Of a stretch of DNA of 64,000 nt, positions 1-9,808 are shown piece after piece. The position numbers and the translations under genes are program-made. The stretch is from an uncultured Rhodopirellula sp. (GTDB lineage: Bacteria; Planctomycetota; Planctomycetia; Pirellulales; Pirellulaceae). The stretch is from NCBI GenBank assembly GCA_964007735.1, contig CAXGAI010000003.1, positions 62,001 through 126,000 of the forward strand. The letters are read 5' to 3'. Numbering within the stretch: position 1 is the stretch's first letter; each line of letters opens with the position of its first letter. Under the pieces are notes generated by a model, which had not been told where the DNA came from, made no database searches, and worked only from the letters and a program-made list of their open reading frames with translations.

Positions 1-3000
1 CCTGAACTGATGGATTCGTCTTACCATCCTCGAAATCCATTTCACCAGCGCGAGATTCCGAAGGAGAATCTGCCTCCGCCCCGGCCAACACGCCACTAGC
101 TGCTGCTTCAGCCTGTGCTCTACTTTCCGACAATTCCGATAATTCTTTTTTCTTCATAGCCATCTCTGGAGCTGTAGCTTTCGGCATGGCCTCAGATGGT
201 TCTAGGCTTTCCGGGACAACGGCTTCATCGTCGGAAAACGGGCGATCAGCAAAATCCATATCACTTTCGTTAAACACCGAGTCATCAGTCGGCAGCGGTG
301 GATGATCTGGAAAGATTGCTCCCTCCTCCATTCCCATTGAATCTGCCATTTGATAATCAGCCGAATCACTAAGCTCTATAGGCGGTAGCCCACCCGTCGC
401 CAAATAGAGTACGCCACTAAGATAGACCGCCTGAGGCACTTCCTGCACCGGTGTATTTGTAAGTTTCATCACATCGGTATTACGCATATTCAGACGGTAA
501 CTTGCTGGTAACATCATTTGCCACTTCACACGAGCCGGTTCAACCAATGGAGCATTCGAAGAATCCACATTTCGCCCGTGCTCAAGCAACTGAGGTGCCT
601 TCAATCGGAAATCACCTGACGGCTCTTGCTGTTCTTCATAAATAATCCTGAGATCGCGAATATTGTTGCCGTCTGTCCCCGCCGTAGACAGATCCACCAG
701 AAAGTCACCACGCGTTGTTTCATCTAAGACTTGAGGCTTGACCGTAACATTTCCATCCACGACAACCCCCCAAAGCACTGCATTTTCGTGAGGCAACACA
801 ACTCTCACATAATCGGCTTTGGTTAAAAGAGAATATTTCGCAACCGTTTGGTAAATACCTCGTGCAGCTACATAAGTGAGCATTTCTGCCTTATTAATCA
901 AAACCGCCGGAATAGGACGTAAATCGGGATAACGGATCGAAACATCAAGCGTCGGGGAATCTCCCGTGTATCGGTATGCCGCAACGCGATGCTTGCCGAC
1001 AACGTATCCATTTACCGCGAGCTCTCCAACATCGACCTGTTTACCGTTGGTCTCACTGACATTAACTTCCAGTTCCGGAGATGCCTCCACCGAAAACACG
1101 CCGGACTGGTAACCCGAACCTAACACTTTGGGAAATGCGGGATTCAGTCTGGCTTCTCTTTCGTCAACCTGCTGTTGATACTCGACGCCTAAGGTAACTT
1201 CACTAAATGCTTGCGTGCTTAGCAGAACTTTCCAGAAACGTTGTTCTCCCTGAACCTGTGAATTAAATTGCTTAACCTGAGTACCGGCTTGGCCTGTTAT
1301 GGCAATATTAGCAGGCGTACTATTTGCCGGCAGCGTAAAGGTGACTTCCTCTAACTGCGAGCGTTGGATATTGATTGCAATTTCATGATAAGACTTATGA
1401 ACCCCTTGCTGGACATCAAAGAAAGAGGCTAGTCGCGAAGCAAATAAGGCGGGAACTCTTCGTACCGTCGCAGAAATCGCATACTCAGTCGTATCATACT
1501 GATAAGCTAAAGTAACCGGGTTTGCGAGTGCCGCTCGTGTCCTGTCTGAAGCAGAAAGTGGAAACGCGCCGTCCACCATATCTGCCCGTATTTCAAATAC
1601 ATCCTGATACGGTTCAATCGTACGAATTCCTATCACTCCCGAATTACGATACGTATCTTCCACGACGAAAGCCGGAGTTTCCAAGGTGTATTCTTCCCAT
1701 TCACTCAACCACCCAGCCGGAACGCGTTCTGCTACTAACGTCACCCGGTGTAGCTGCCCAAAGGGCCGACGATTCGGGAACTTCACATGCAGCCGACGTG
1801 TACCCTCGGCATCAATCGTTTCGTGATACTTCAATTGACTTTGGTTTTCATCGACGATCGCTTTGACATTCCAACCATCCGGCGTCTGAACATCAAATCC
1901 AAATAAATCGTCCAACGCCGGATAAAGGAAGAAATCAATCGCCGCCTGATGCCTGTCTCGCGATAGCGTCAACACCGTATTAGTCTGGACATTAAGCTGA
2001 CTTTCCGGCTGCAGCACTTTGGCGGCCACCTTAAACTCTTGCTGGGGTACGTAGTAAGTTGAGAGTATCTGCAGTGGCGGCGCTCCCGGTTCAACCACAA
2101 AGATAGACTGTGGAAGCGAATTTTCGAGGACGGCATTATTTAAGGGAATAGCCCCTTGGACCACTAAAGAACCAACGGCTAGACGACGTTCAGCTAAAAT
2201 ACCGACCACCGCAGTAGAGGTTTCGACCCCCAGTGCTTTCAGCGTGGGAAATGTCCAATCTCCCCAGATTGGTGATGTCTGAATCGCCGTAATTTGCACA
2301 GTCACCAATTTAGTCTGAGGCGATCTGAATTCCACGGTCAAATTCTGCACTTGTTCGGCGTCTTGGACAGACCAGCGGGCAAGGTCCGCGGCATCAACAT
2401 TCGTTACTTGAAATCCAGGGGGTATTTCATATTGCAATTCTGTTGTAGCCCCCTGAATAATTTCCATTGAATAGGTTGCATGCAGACGTTCGAATGATGC
2501 ATTCAGTTCGTCGACAACCACACTGCGGGCAATGATCTGTCGCTCTGTTCGCAATCGTTTATTATTTAGCGACATCGTCACCACCATGGGACCGGGCATG
2601 GGCAGTAATTCAAATTCTGTAACATTCGCCTCGTCATCCACCTGACGTTCAACCACGCTGGCGCCAGATTTAATTTCAATATTCCCTGAAACCCGCATTC
2701 CAATCGACTCGTTGGCTGCGTGAGGAAGTTCCAGCGATAATGATTGTTCCGCTGCCGCATTCCGTACCGGAGTGGCCAATTCCATCGTGACCGCGAATTT
2801 TCCTGGTCGCTTTAATAGCAAACTAATGGTCTGCGGATTGGTGCGAACAACCGGAGCATCTTCTCCGTCAAGAGTCACTTTTAACACCGATACCCCAACG
2901 AACTTCAATGGAAGCAATTGCAGACCTTGCTCTAGAGACTCCACCTCCAGCGAGGCTTTAATAGAGGCAAAGTCTTCGTGCAACAACAAATCGTATCGCG

Positions 3001-3250
3001 CTTTGCGCAGAACCGATTTCTGAGGCGGAGCAGTTCCAGGTTTGATATCTGCTTTTTTCAAAAGCGATTCATATTCGCTGCGCGGCAAATAAATACGCTC
3101 GATCGGCCCAGCCAGGACAGATTTCAAATCCTTAAAAGGAACATAAATCTCACGCGTTTTTTCCTGAGCTTGAACCGACATAAGACAGACGGCACAAAGA
3201 AAACCAGTCGCCAGTAGAAATTCATTGACTCTCTGAAACATTGAATTCAT
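1..3250 (-). CDS. Giant exported hypothetical protein, >1083 aa, runs off the left window edge; paralogue of 3253..7029
   Basis: Absent from the ORF track because no stop lies in the window. ATG at 3250, 2 nt after the upstream TAA. My translation begins MNSMFQRVNEFLLATGFLCAVCLMSVQAQEKTREIYVPFKDLKSV (signal peptide ending VQA-Q). The frame is open wherever I translated it, ending ...ESRAGEMDFEDGKTNPSVQ at base 1. Confidence 0.85.
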   Translation of the reverse strand, partial: MNSMFQRVNEFLLATGFLCAVCLMSVQAQEKTREIYVPFKDLKSVLAGPIERIYLPRSEYESLLKKADIKPGTAPPQKSVLRKARYDLLLHEDFASIKASLEVESLEQGLQLLPLKFVGVSVLKVTLDGEDAPVVRTNPQTISLLLKRPGKFAVTMELATPVRNAAAEQSLSLELPHAANESIGMRVSGNIEIKSGASVVERQVDDEANVTEFELLPMPGPMVVTMSLNNKRLRTERQIIARSVVVDELNASFERLHATYSMEIIQGATTELQYEIPPGFQVTNVDAADLARWSVQDAEQVQNLTVEFRSPQTKLVTVQITAIQTSPIWGDWTFPTLKALGVETSTAVVGILAERRLAVGSLVVQGAIPLNNAVLENSLPQSIFVVEPGAPPLQILSTYYVPQQEFKVAAKVLQPESQLNVQTNTVLTLSRDRHQAAIDFFLYPALDDLFGFDVQTPDGWNVKAIVDENQSQLKYHETIDAEGTRRLHVKFPNRRPFGQLHRVTLVAERVPAGWLSEWEEYTLETPAFVVEDTYRNSGVIGIRTIEPYQDVFEIRADMVDGAFPLSASDRTRAALANPVTLAYQYDTTEYAISATVRRVPALFASRLASFFDVQQGVHKSYHEIAINIQRSQLEEVTFTLPANSTPANIAITGQAGTQVKQFNSQVQGEQRFWKVLLSTQAFSEVTLGVEYQQQVDEREARLNPAFPKVLGSGYQSGVFSVEASPELEVNVSETNGKQVDVGELAVNGYVVGKHRVAAYRYTGDSPTLDVSIRYPDLRPIPAVLINKAEMLTYVAARGIYQTVAKYSLLTKADYVRVVLPHENAVLWGVVVDGNVTVKPQVLDETTRGDFLVDLSTAGTDGNNIRDLRIIYEEQQEPSGDFRLKAPQLLEHGRNVDSSNAPLVEPARVKWQMMLPASYRLNMRNTDVMKLTNTPVQEVPQAVYLSGVLYLATGGLPPIELSDSADYQMADSMGMEEGAIFPDHPPLPTDDSVFNESDMDFADRPFSDDEAVVPESLEPSEAMPKATAPEMAMKKKELSELSESRAQAEAAASGVLAGAEADSPSESRAGEMDFEDGKTNPSVQ

Positions 3251-3252
3251 TA

Positions 3253-6200
3253 TTACGCTTCCCCTGTTTCATCTGAAGCTGCTTCACCATCTTCATCCAA
3301 TCCCCCCGAATCATTTTCGGAGAAGTCCGCACCCTCTGGCATTTCAGCATCATCGCCTAGAAACTCTTCTCGTTCATCACTGCCTTCAGAGATACCATCT
3401 GCCTGCTGTTGTTCTTCTTTCGAAGTGTCTAGCGGGCCAACCTTGGTGCCCTCTTTGCCAGACTGACTTTCCTCGGCAAGACTTGACACCTCCTGATTAC
3501 CCGACACCTCCGAGATGATCTCGGAAGAATCGCCGGAAGACTCTGTTGCATTTACACTATCCTCAGTTGGCTCTGCTTCTTTTCCGTCGGCTTCAACTAC
3601 CTCAGTCCGCTTAGATAACGTTTCTAGCGGAGACTTCTTTTTCCTATACAAACCCCGAAATGGCCGGCTAATATCTTTCAAGACCCAAACGCACGTCATC
3701 ATCATTAATCCGACAATCACTCCACTTAAATCGATGCTGCTTGTTAACACCGGGCTGATCATGGCAATCCCAAGTGATCCTCCAATAACTAACAGCAGCA
3801 GGGCGAACTGCTTACGCAAGCTTAGAAACAGCCCCAGCAATCCAAGAACAGCCAGCCCTACAAAAAGAATCATTTGGACCTGGGAACTTTCAGCAAATTC
3901 AAGTATTAAAGCCGAGTCCTTTGGATTGATCGTCGAGAAATAAAGAATCTTCTGCCGGTTCGATGGATAGATATCACCAACAGCATACCCAGTCGTTACC
4001 TCATCGATGACCTGATGAGCATCAAAAGAGCGATCATTATTTAATAATCGCTCCTGCAAATGCTCCAACCAGGAACCATCTAAATGGTCGTCCCAGTTTC
4101 CGCTATAGGAAAGTAGAACTAGATCTTTCGGGATTTCCACCCCGATGAAGATCTGATTCACGGCCCTGACGTTCTGAAATACCGGAAGTTTGATTTTCCA
4201 TGAGTCCACTGAGATGTTGTAAACCAACTCCACAACGAAAGTCTCACCCTGAGATTGGGTTGTCAAGGGAATAAAATAGGAGCCCTGACTTTCAGAATCC
4301 GGGTCTATCTCTAATCCCACCGAATTGCCATTGATTCTTAACGGGTCATTCGTCAATTGGCTATTGGCGGGCATTTGTAATGGAATACGCTGGTCAACTG
4401 ACCGCATTCTAAAGGCGGCATGAACAGCCGCGTTATTACCATTAGAAAGTCGCACTCTGACATATCCCATTTCCACGGCGGTTTTTTCCACCTCTTGCTG
4501 TTCATAACGATTGACTCGCAATCCCAGATTCCAGTCATCCCCATGAAACTCCATTGCCAACGTGGCACCGGCGGTATCCCCGTTCAACTGTATGTCATGT
4601 TGCGGATCAATCGGACGTAAACCCTGAATCGAATCCTTCTCCGGTGTGATATCAAGATTTTCAGATTTCTTAAACGCGATTTGTCCCCAACTACGTTCAA
4701 CATTTCCAGGCACCAATTTACCCACAAAGACGGAAGCCGAGCCCATTGCTTCAAGAGACCCTAAATCCTGTTCCCAGGAAAGCTCAACGGTAACGGGTCC
4801 TAACAATTCCCTGTTGGATCTCAATTCCCACGCCACGTAGCCTTCGGCAAGATCTTTGGGAGCGGGATTAATTTCAGTTCTTGTCATGAAACTGGATGAG
4901 TCGTTTCTGATAAGCTCTTCAATCGCTTTCGGAACATCAAGTCGAAAGGTTTTGACTCCGCTATAACGTACGTGATAATGCAAGCCGACCCTGAAATTCA
5001 CTTCACCCTGATCCACATCAGCAACAATTAACTGGCCAACCTCAATGTATGGTTTTCTTCGCTCGACTTCAAAAACCGGGGCGAAGTCCTCTTCTGCATA
5101 ACGAAAGCCCTGAGCCGGTCTCGCATTTTGACGAATCGCCAGCGGAGTGATATGTTCGGCCTGGATTTCATTGACCGCAACACTCTGGCCACCAGCTGTA
5201 ACCTTGGGGGTCAAACGCAAACCCTCCGGAGCTAGGACAATGACTCGGCCTCGGACAACTTCAACAGAAGCTGGAACAACCCGTGCCAATTCCAGCGTAT
5301 ATTCAGTTGCGACTCCTGTTGGTGAAACTAAGTTTTCATCGTTATGCCGCTTTTCCAGCCCCAATCGCAACCCGACAAGCCCAAAAGCCTTGCGGGATAA
5401 ATTCACCCGATAAACACCGGGGGCATTTTCAACCATGTGGTGATTTTCGACGACCACGGGCTGATAATCTCCTACCTGGACACCGTGAACTTCACGTATC
5501 GTATAACCTTCCGGTACGTCATATTCGACTTGGAAAATCCCGGCGCGCTCCACACTAAACAGTGTGGTTACATCCACTCGCACCTGATCTTCCAGAACAT
5601 GAATATCCACAAATTCCTCAGCGCTCACTCGAGGCTGTAGCTTTTCAACTTTCAGTATTAATTCATAAGGAGGTGCAGCATAGCGATAAACAAAATCCCA
5701 GGCTCCCTGCTGATTACCAACCTGTTCATTGTCAACCTGTAAAAGTCCGGTACGAGTCGTAACATCTGCACGCAGGTCGCCTTCAGTACGTACCATAACC
5801 AACCCTTGTTGCCGCGAAACGCCCAACGCTTCTATTTCCGGAATTACTACATCAACGGATTCATTCTGCATACCCACTTCAAGGTCGAAACGTTCCAACT
5901 CGAGACTAAGATTCTGTGTGACACTTGCCGGCTCAAACAACTCAACATTGATCACCTGAGCATTTTCCACCAATTCGACATCCCAGCGACGCACATTGGC
6001 ATCAAAGACACCAGCAATCTTTTGACCGGTCGGAATACGGATTTTCAGTTCTGTTAATTCACTTCGCGAAATCGAATACGTCAGTGTGGCCTGAGTACGT
6101 TGCGAACCTTCTCCGATGACCACATTTTGCCGTGTTTGTACTGTCGCCAACGCCGATAAACCAGAAGCACCTTCACTCTTCGGCGTCCAATCGATTTCCA

Positions 6201-7029
6201 CCTGAGGTGTCAAACCAAAAAAGGCGATCAACACAGTATCGGTTGGAACCTGAGGCGTCGGAGGGTCGCCGTTATCCGCATCCGCACCGTCACGAGTTTC
6301 GGTAGCTGCGACGAGCGGTCGAACATTCACTTTGACTCCCGGGTCTTTGATCGTGATTTTCCAACGATTGATCGATGCCTGCGGAGCCTGAAAACCAACT
6401 TGGTTCAAACCGGGCGACTTATTAAACGTTTTCGCATACTTAAGGTCCAGTGTTAGTTTGTCAGCCTGGCCATCTTCAAAATCGAGTAATAAGAAATACC
6501 CCTGGCCTGGGCGAAACACAATGCGTGCATTTTCCCCACCGATCAAAGCCGACGAAATAGCTGAATTTCCGAGTCGCAGTGGAATTTCGTGCCAACCTTC
6601 ACCTAACAATTGAATCGTCAGCTGAGCCTGAACTTCCATAACATCACCGCGAACTTCAGCAACAGACTCGATGCTGGTAATCAATGAACGTAGAGGCGGA
6701 CCCTGCTTAGGCTGAGGCAAGGCATTCTTCCGGGCGGCATCCCAGAGTTGTTGAAATTGTTCGTACGGTAAAAACACTCCTCGTGCAGGTTTCTCGAAAA
6801 CCTGCGGCAGTTTTTCATAGGGCACATAGATGACCTGTTCTTTGAGAGGATCAATCTCCTGATCACCTTCAGGCTGTGCTACCACTGCGGGGGGTTGTTC
6901 CTCCTGTTGGGCTGCCGGCTGCTCGGAGGCTGGTTGGGCAAACCCGGATTGAACAAATAGAAAACTGATCACAAAGCAAAATAAGAATCGCCTAGAGTTC
7001 ATTTTGTATCTCATCTTGGTTATAAACAT
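3253..7029 (-). CDS. Large exported, membrane-anchored hypothetical protein with ~190-aa repeats, 3 C-terminal TM helices and an acidic tail
   Basis: 1258-aa ORF with a signal peptide (...FVQSGFA), repeated beta-rich units, three hydrophobic segments near the C-terminus and a D/E/S-rich tail. Confidence 0.85.
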   Translation of the reverse strand: MFITKMRYKMNSRRFLFCFVISFLFVQSGFAQPASEQPAAQQEEQPPAVVAQPEGDQEIDPLKEQVIYVPYEKLPQVFEKPARGVFLPYEQFQQLWDAARKNALPQPKQGPPLRSLITSIESVAEVRGDVMEVQAQLTIQLLGEGWHEIPLRLGNSAISSALIGGENARIVFRPGQGYFLLLDFEDGQADKLTLDLKYAKTFNKSPGLNQVGFQAPQASINRWKITIKDPGVKVNVRPLVAATETRDGADADNGDPPTPQVPTDTVLIAFFGLTPQVEIDWTPKSEGASGLSALATVQTRQNVVIGEGSQRTQATLTYSISRSELTELKIRIPTGQKIAGVFDANVRRWDVELVENAQVINVELFEPASVTQNLSLELERFDLEVGMQNESVDVVIPEIEALGVSRQQGLVMVRTEGDLRADVTTRTGLLQVDNEQVGNQQGAWDFVYRYAAPPYELILKVEKLQPRVSAEEFVDIHVLEDQVRVDVTTLFSVERAGIFQVEYDVPEGYTIREVHGVQVGDYQPVVVENHHMVENAPGVYRVNLSRKAFGLVGLRLGLEKRHNDENLVSPTGVATEYTLELARVVPASVEVVRGRVIVLAPEGLRLTPKVTAGGQSVAVNEIQAEHITPLAIRQNARPAQGFRYAEEDFAPVFEVERRKPYIEVGQLIVADVDQGEVNFRVGLHYHVRYSGVKTFRLDVPKAIEELIRNDSSSFMTRTEINPAPKDLAEGYVAWELRSNRELLGPVTVELSWEQDLGSLEAMGSASVFVGKLVPGNVERSWGQIAFKKSENLDITPEKDSIQGLRPIDPQHDIQLNGDTAGATLAMEFHGDDWNLGLRVNRYEQQEVEKTAVEMGYVRVRLSNGNNAAVHAAFRMRSVDQRIPLQMPANSQLTNDPLRINGNSVGLEIDPDSESQGSYFIPLTTQSQGETFVVELVYNISVDSWKIKLPVFQNVRAVNQIFIGVEIPKDLVLLSYSGNWDDHLDGSWLEHLQERLLNNDRSFDAHQVIDEVTTGYAVGDIYPSNRQKILYFSTINPKDSALILEFAESSQVQMILFVGLAVLGLLGLFLSLRKQFALLLLVIGGSLGIAMISPVLTSSIDLSGVIVGLMMMTCVWVLKDISRPFRGLYRKKKSPLETLSKRTEVVEADGKEAEPTEDSVNATESSGDSSEIISEVSGNQEVSSLAEESQSGKEGTKVGPLDTSKEEQQQADGISEGSDEREEFLGDDAEMPEGADFSENDSGGLDEDGEAASDETGEA

Positions 7030-7193
7030 CTGGAACGGTACTTAATAACGATCCGTACCGGCTACTTTTCCTGTTACGCAGTTCAGAAAGGATCGGTAGA
7101 CTTTTGTCTATTCTGATTTCGCGCCAGCGCAACGGAAGATAAAACCACAGCTGCTATACCAATAAGACGCCGACGATTGCGCGTTTGTTCCCG

Positions 7194-7233
7194 AAAAATC
7201 CTACTTAATCCGAATAATCGGAACTCCAGTAGG
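7194..7233 (-). terminator. Possible intrinsic terminator after the GDSL gene
   Basis: Minus strand reads CCTACT..TCCGA-TTAT-TCGGA..AGTAGG then ATTTTT; the stem is imperfect. Confidence 0.35.
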
Positions 7234-7890
7234 CTACTTAATCCGCTTGTAGATTGCCTTTGCCAAAAGGGCTGCACCATCGCCATTGGGATGGACACCA
7301 TCTGGTAACAGCTCTGGGTAAGGGGCCAAAACTTTATACAGGTCGATGATTTTAACTCCCTTCGCTTTCTTAACGGCTTTATTAAGGGCCGGAATCACTT
7401 CGTCACGCACAACGGCCTCAGTAATTCCCCAACGATCTGTTGCCACTGGAACGGGACGACAAACATAAATCTGCGGTTTAGAATCCAACCCCTGAAAATG
7501 ATCGATCATTGACAACAAATCAGTGCCATATTGATCAGCATACTTCCAGTTCTGTGGTTTGCTGTCATTCGTACCCAGCTTAATGATCACAATATTGGGC
7601 TGGAATTCGGTTGCCATTTTGAACTGTGGCCGAGTCCAGTAGGGAAGATCACCTTGCTTTAGAAGTGTTGCGCCGTTGACACCAAAATTGCGAACGGCAT
7701 ACCCATCCCCTAGTAGTTTACCGAGTTGCAACGGATAATTTCGATTTTCGCGATCCTGAATGGCAGCCCCGAAGGTAATACTATCTCCAACACATGCAAT
7801 CTTCACCGGCTCGGCCGCTAGAACTGAAGTCGAAATAAGTAAACCAATGAGTATGCAAAGCATCTGTTTCACAATCCGGTTGGCAATCAT
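7234..7890 (-). CDS. Secreted SGNH/GDSL-family esterase (acetylesterase-like)
   Basis: Signal peptide; blocks GDSIT, GVNG, GTND, DGVHP. Confidence 0.9.
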   Translation of the reverse strand: MIANRIVKQMLCILIGLLISTSVLAAEPVKIACVGDSITFGAAIQDRENRNYPLQLGKLLGDGYAVRNFGVNGATLLKQGDLPYWTRPQFKMATEFQPNIVIIKLGTNDSKPQNWKYADQYGTDLLSMIDHFQGLDSKPQIYVCRPVPVATDRWGITEAVVRDEVIPALNKAVKKAKGVKIIDLYKVLAPYPELLPDGVHPNGDGAALLAKAIYKRIK

Positions 7891-8013
7891 TGTCTATACT
7901 CCTTAACGCCCCTTAGTATCTGCAGGAAATTACTGATTCAATTTAGCACAGCTCGTAAAGGTAAGCTATTATGCAGGTTCTCACACCCTGATAATAGCTA
8001 ACTACCTTTCCCT

Positions 8014-9639
8014 ATGTTTCCCAACGCAGATATCAATTTCAGCACACTCTCCAATTTCCAGTTCATCGACTGGGCCATTGTGGGATGCTATCTTTCGATC
8101 TCGTTGGTCATTGGGATCTTTGTCACGCGGTATGCTACCAGCATGACTGCTTACATCGGAGCTGGCCGGAGTGTCGGCCCGTGGCTGGGTGTCGCCACCA
8201 TGACAGGAACAGAAATGGGCCTCATCACCGTGATGTACATGGCCCAGTCCGGATTTAGTGGTGGGTTTGCTGCTTTTCACATGGCTGTGATTGCCGGGGT
8301 TGGAACACTTCTAGTTGGAGTCACGGGTTTTATTGTGGTACCACTCCGCGCAGAAAAAGTACTTACAATCCCCGAGTACTACGAAAAGCGATTTGGTACG
8401 CCAGCCAGAATCACTGGAGGCATCATTCTCTCAACTGCCGGCATCCTCAACATGGGATTATTCCTGCAGGTGGGCGCCAAGTTTATTGTTGGAGCAACGG
8501 GACTTTCCTTCGAAGGGACGGCTCTCATGGTGGTCATGACAGTCTTACTGATCCTTGTTTTAGTTTACACTGTCCTTGGCGGCATGATCTCGGTCATCCT
8601 AACGGACTACATTCAATTCGTTGTATTGTCATTCGGAATTGTTATCACTACGTTTCTCGCCATTAATAAAATTGGCATCGGTGAGATGTATACAGCCATT
8701 GCCCGAGGTATGGGGGAAGCGGGTTTTAACCCGATGGCAGAAAATGGTGAATTTGGCATCAGCTATGTGCTGTTTCAGTTATTCGCTGCTGGAATTGTCG
8801 GCTGTGCCGTTTGGCCAACCGCCGTTTCGCGGGCACTCGCCATGGAATCTCCACGAGCGGTAAAGAAACAATACACGATTTCGGCAATTTCCTTTACCAT
8901 CCGATTTTTAATTCCTATGTTTTGGGGAATTGCAGCCTACACCTACTTCACCAACAGCTCGCAAGAAATTACCGAGATGTTCATCGGCAACAATGCTATT
9001 CAGGATGCGGGCCTTTACGCCATGCCAGCATTCATGGGCCAGATCCTTCCCACAGGATTACTCGGTTTAATTGTGGCCGCGATGATTGCCGCTTTTATGT
9101 CCACTCACGATAGTTACCTTCTATGCTGGTCAAGTGTTTTAACACAGGACGTAGTCGCACCTATTGCCAGGTCCGTTTCCCATAAGGATTTAAGTAATAA
9201 AAAGCGAATTACGTTAACTCGTATATTCATCGTGCTAATTGGCGTCTTCATCTGGGGATGGGGGTTGTTTTACGAAGGCAACGACAGTATCTGGAATTAC
9301 ATGGTCATTACTGGTTCTATCTATGCGACGGGCGCCATCGTCGTTCTCGTCGGTGGACTTTATTGGGAGCGAGCGAGTAGCATGGGAGCCATGGTAGCGC
9401 TTATTACGGGGGCCTCAGCAGTCCTCGGATTGGAGCCGGTGCGAAACTTTCTGATCGAGAATACCGGGGGAGTAATCGGTCTGGATGTAGACTATTGGAA
9501 GGCAAATATCACCTCATCGATCGTCGGCTTATTCAGCCTCGGCTTGACCACCTTTTTATTCGTCACCATTTCCATCATCTTCCCCGACCCCGCTGCTGAT
9601 GAAAATAAATTAGTCCAAGGAGACGAGAGCCATGCCTAG
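8014..9639 (+). CDS. Sodium:solute symporter (SSS family)
   Basis: 541 aa with many TM helices; motifs YIGAGR, TIPEYYEKRF, YTVLGGM, AAFMSTHDS. Confidence 0.9.
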   Translation: MFPNADINFSTLSNFQFIDWAIVGCYLSISLVIGIFVTRYATSMTAYIGAGRSVGPWLGVATMTGTEMGLITVMYMAQSGFSGGFAAFHMAVIAGVGTLLVGVTGFIVVPLRAEKVLTIPEYYEKRFGTPARITGGIILSTAGILNMGLFLQVGAKFIVGATGLSFEGTALMVVMTVLLILVLVYTVLGGMISVILTDYIQFVVLSFGIVITTFLAINKIGIGEMYTAIARGMGEAGFNPMAENGEFGISYVLFQLFAAGIVGCAVWPTAVSRALAMESPRAVKKQYTISAISFTIRFLIPMFWGIAAYTYFTNSSQEITEMFIGNNAIQDAGLYAMPAFMGQILPTGLLGLIVAAMIAAFMSTHDSYLLCWSSVLTQDVVAPIARSVSHKDLSNKKRITLTRIFIVLIGVFIWGWGLFYEGNDSIWNYMVITGSIYATGAIVVLVGGLYWERASSMGAMVALITGASAVLGLEPVRNFLIENTGGVIGLDVDYWKANITSSIVGLFSLGLTTFLFVTISIIFPDPAADENKLVQGDESHA

Positions 9640-9784
9640 TACACCTGACCAATACTCAGTCTGGTTCCACTTCTGGATGGGCCTTCTTTACGCGGGCTTA
9701 GGAATCTTCTCTATTGTCGCCGTCATCGTTTCGATCAAAGGCTGGCATGAAATTAAGATCATGCTTCGAAAACTGAAAGGGTGA
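9632..9784 (+). CDS. Small single-TM protein (50 aa), probable SSS accessory subunit
   Basis: Not in the ORF track. MPSTPDQYSVWFHFWMGLLYAGLGIFSIVAVIVSIKGWHEIKIMLRKLKG. AGGAG upstream; overlaps the SSS stop by 8 nt. Confidence 0.75.
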   Translation: MPSTPDQYSVWFHFWMGLLYAGLGIFSIVAVIVSIKGWHEIKIMLRKLKG

Positions 9785-9808
9785 TTCACTGTAAAGCTTA
9801 ACGAATAC

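Noticed and set aside
1522..3217. Short ORFs listed in the track in the first 3.2 kb
   Set aside because: They are shadows of the long minus-strand ORF starting at 3250.
7201..7245. 12-bp direct repeat CTACTTAATCCG at the GDSL 3' end as an att site or target duplication
   Set aside because: The copies are only 33 bp apart with no mobile gene nearby; one copy forms part of the terminator-like hairpin.
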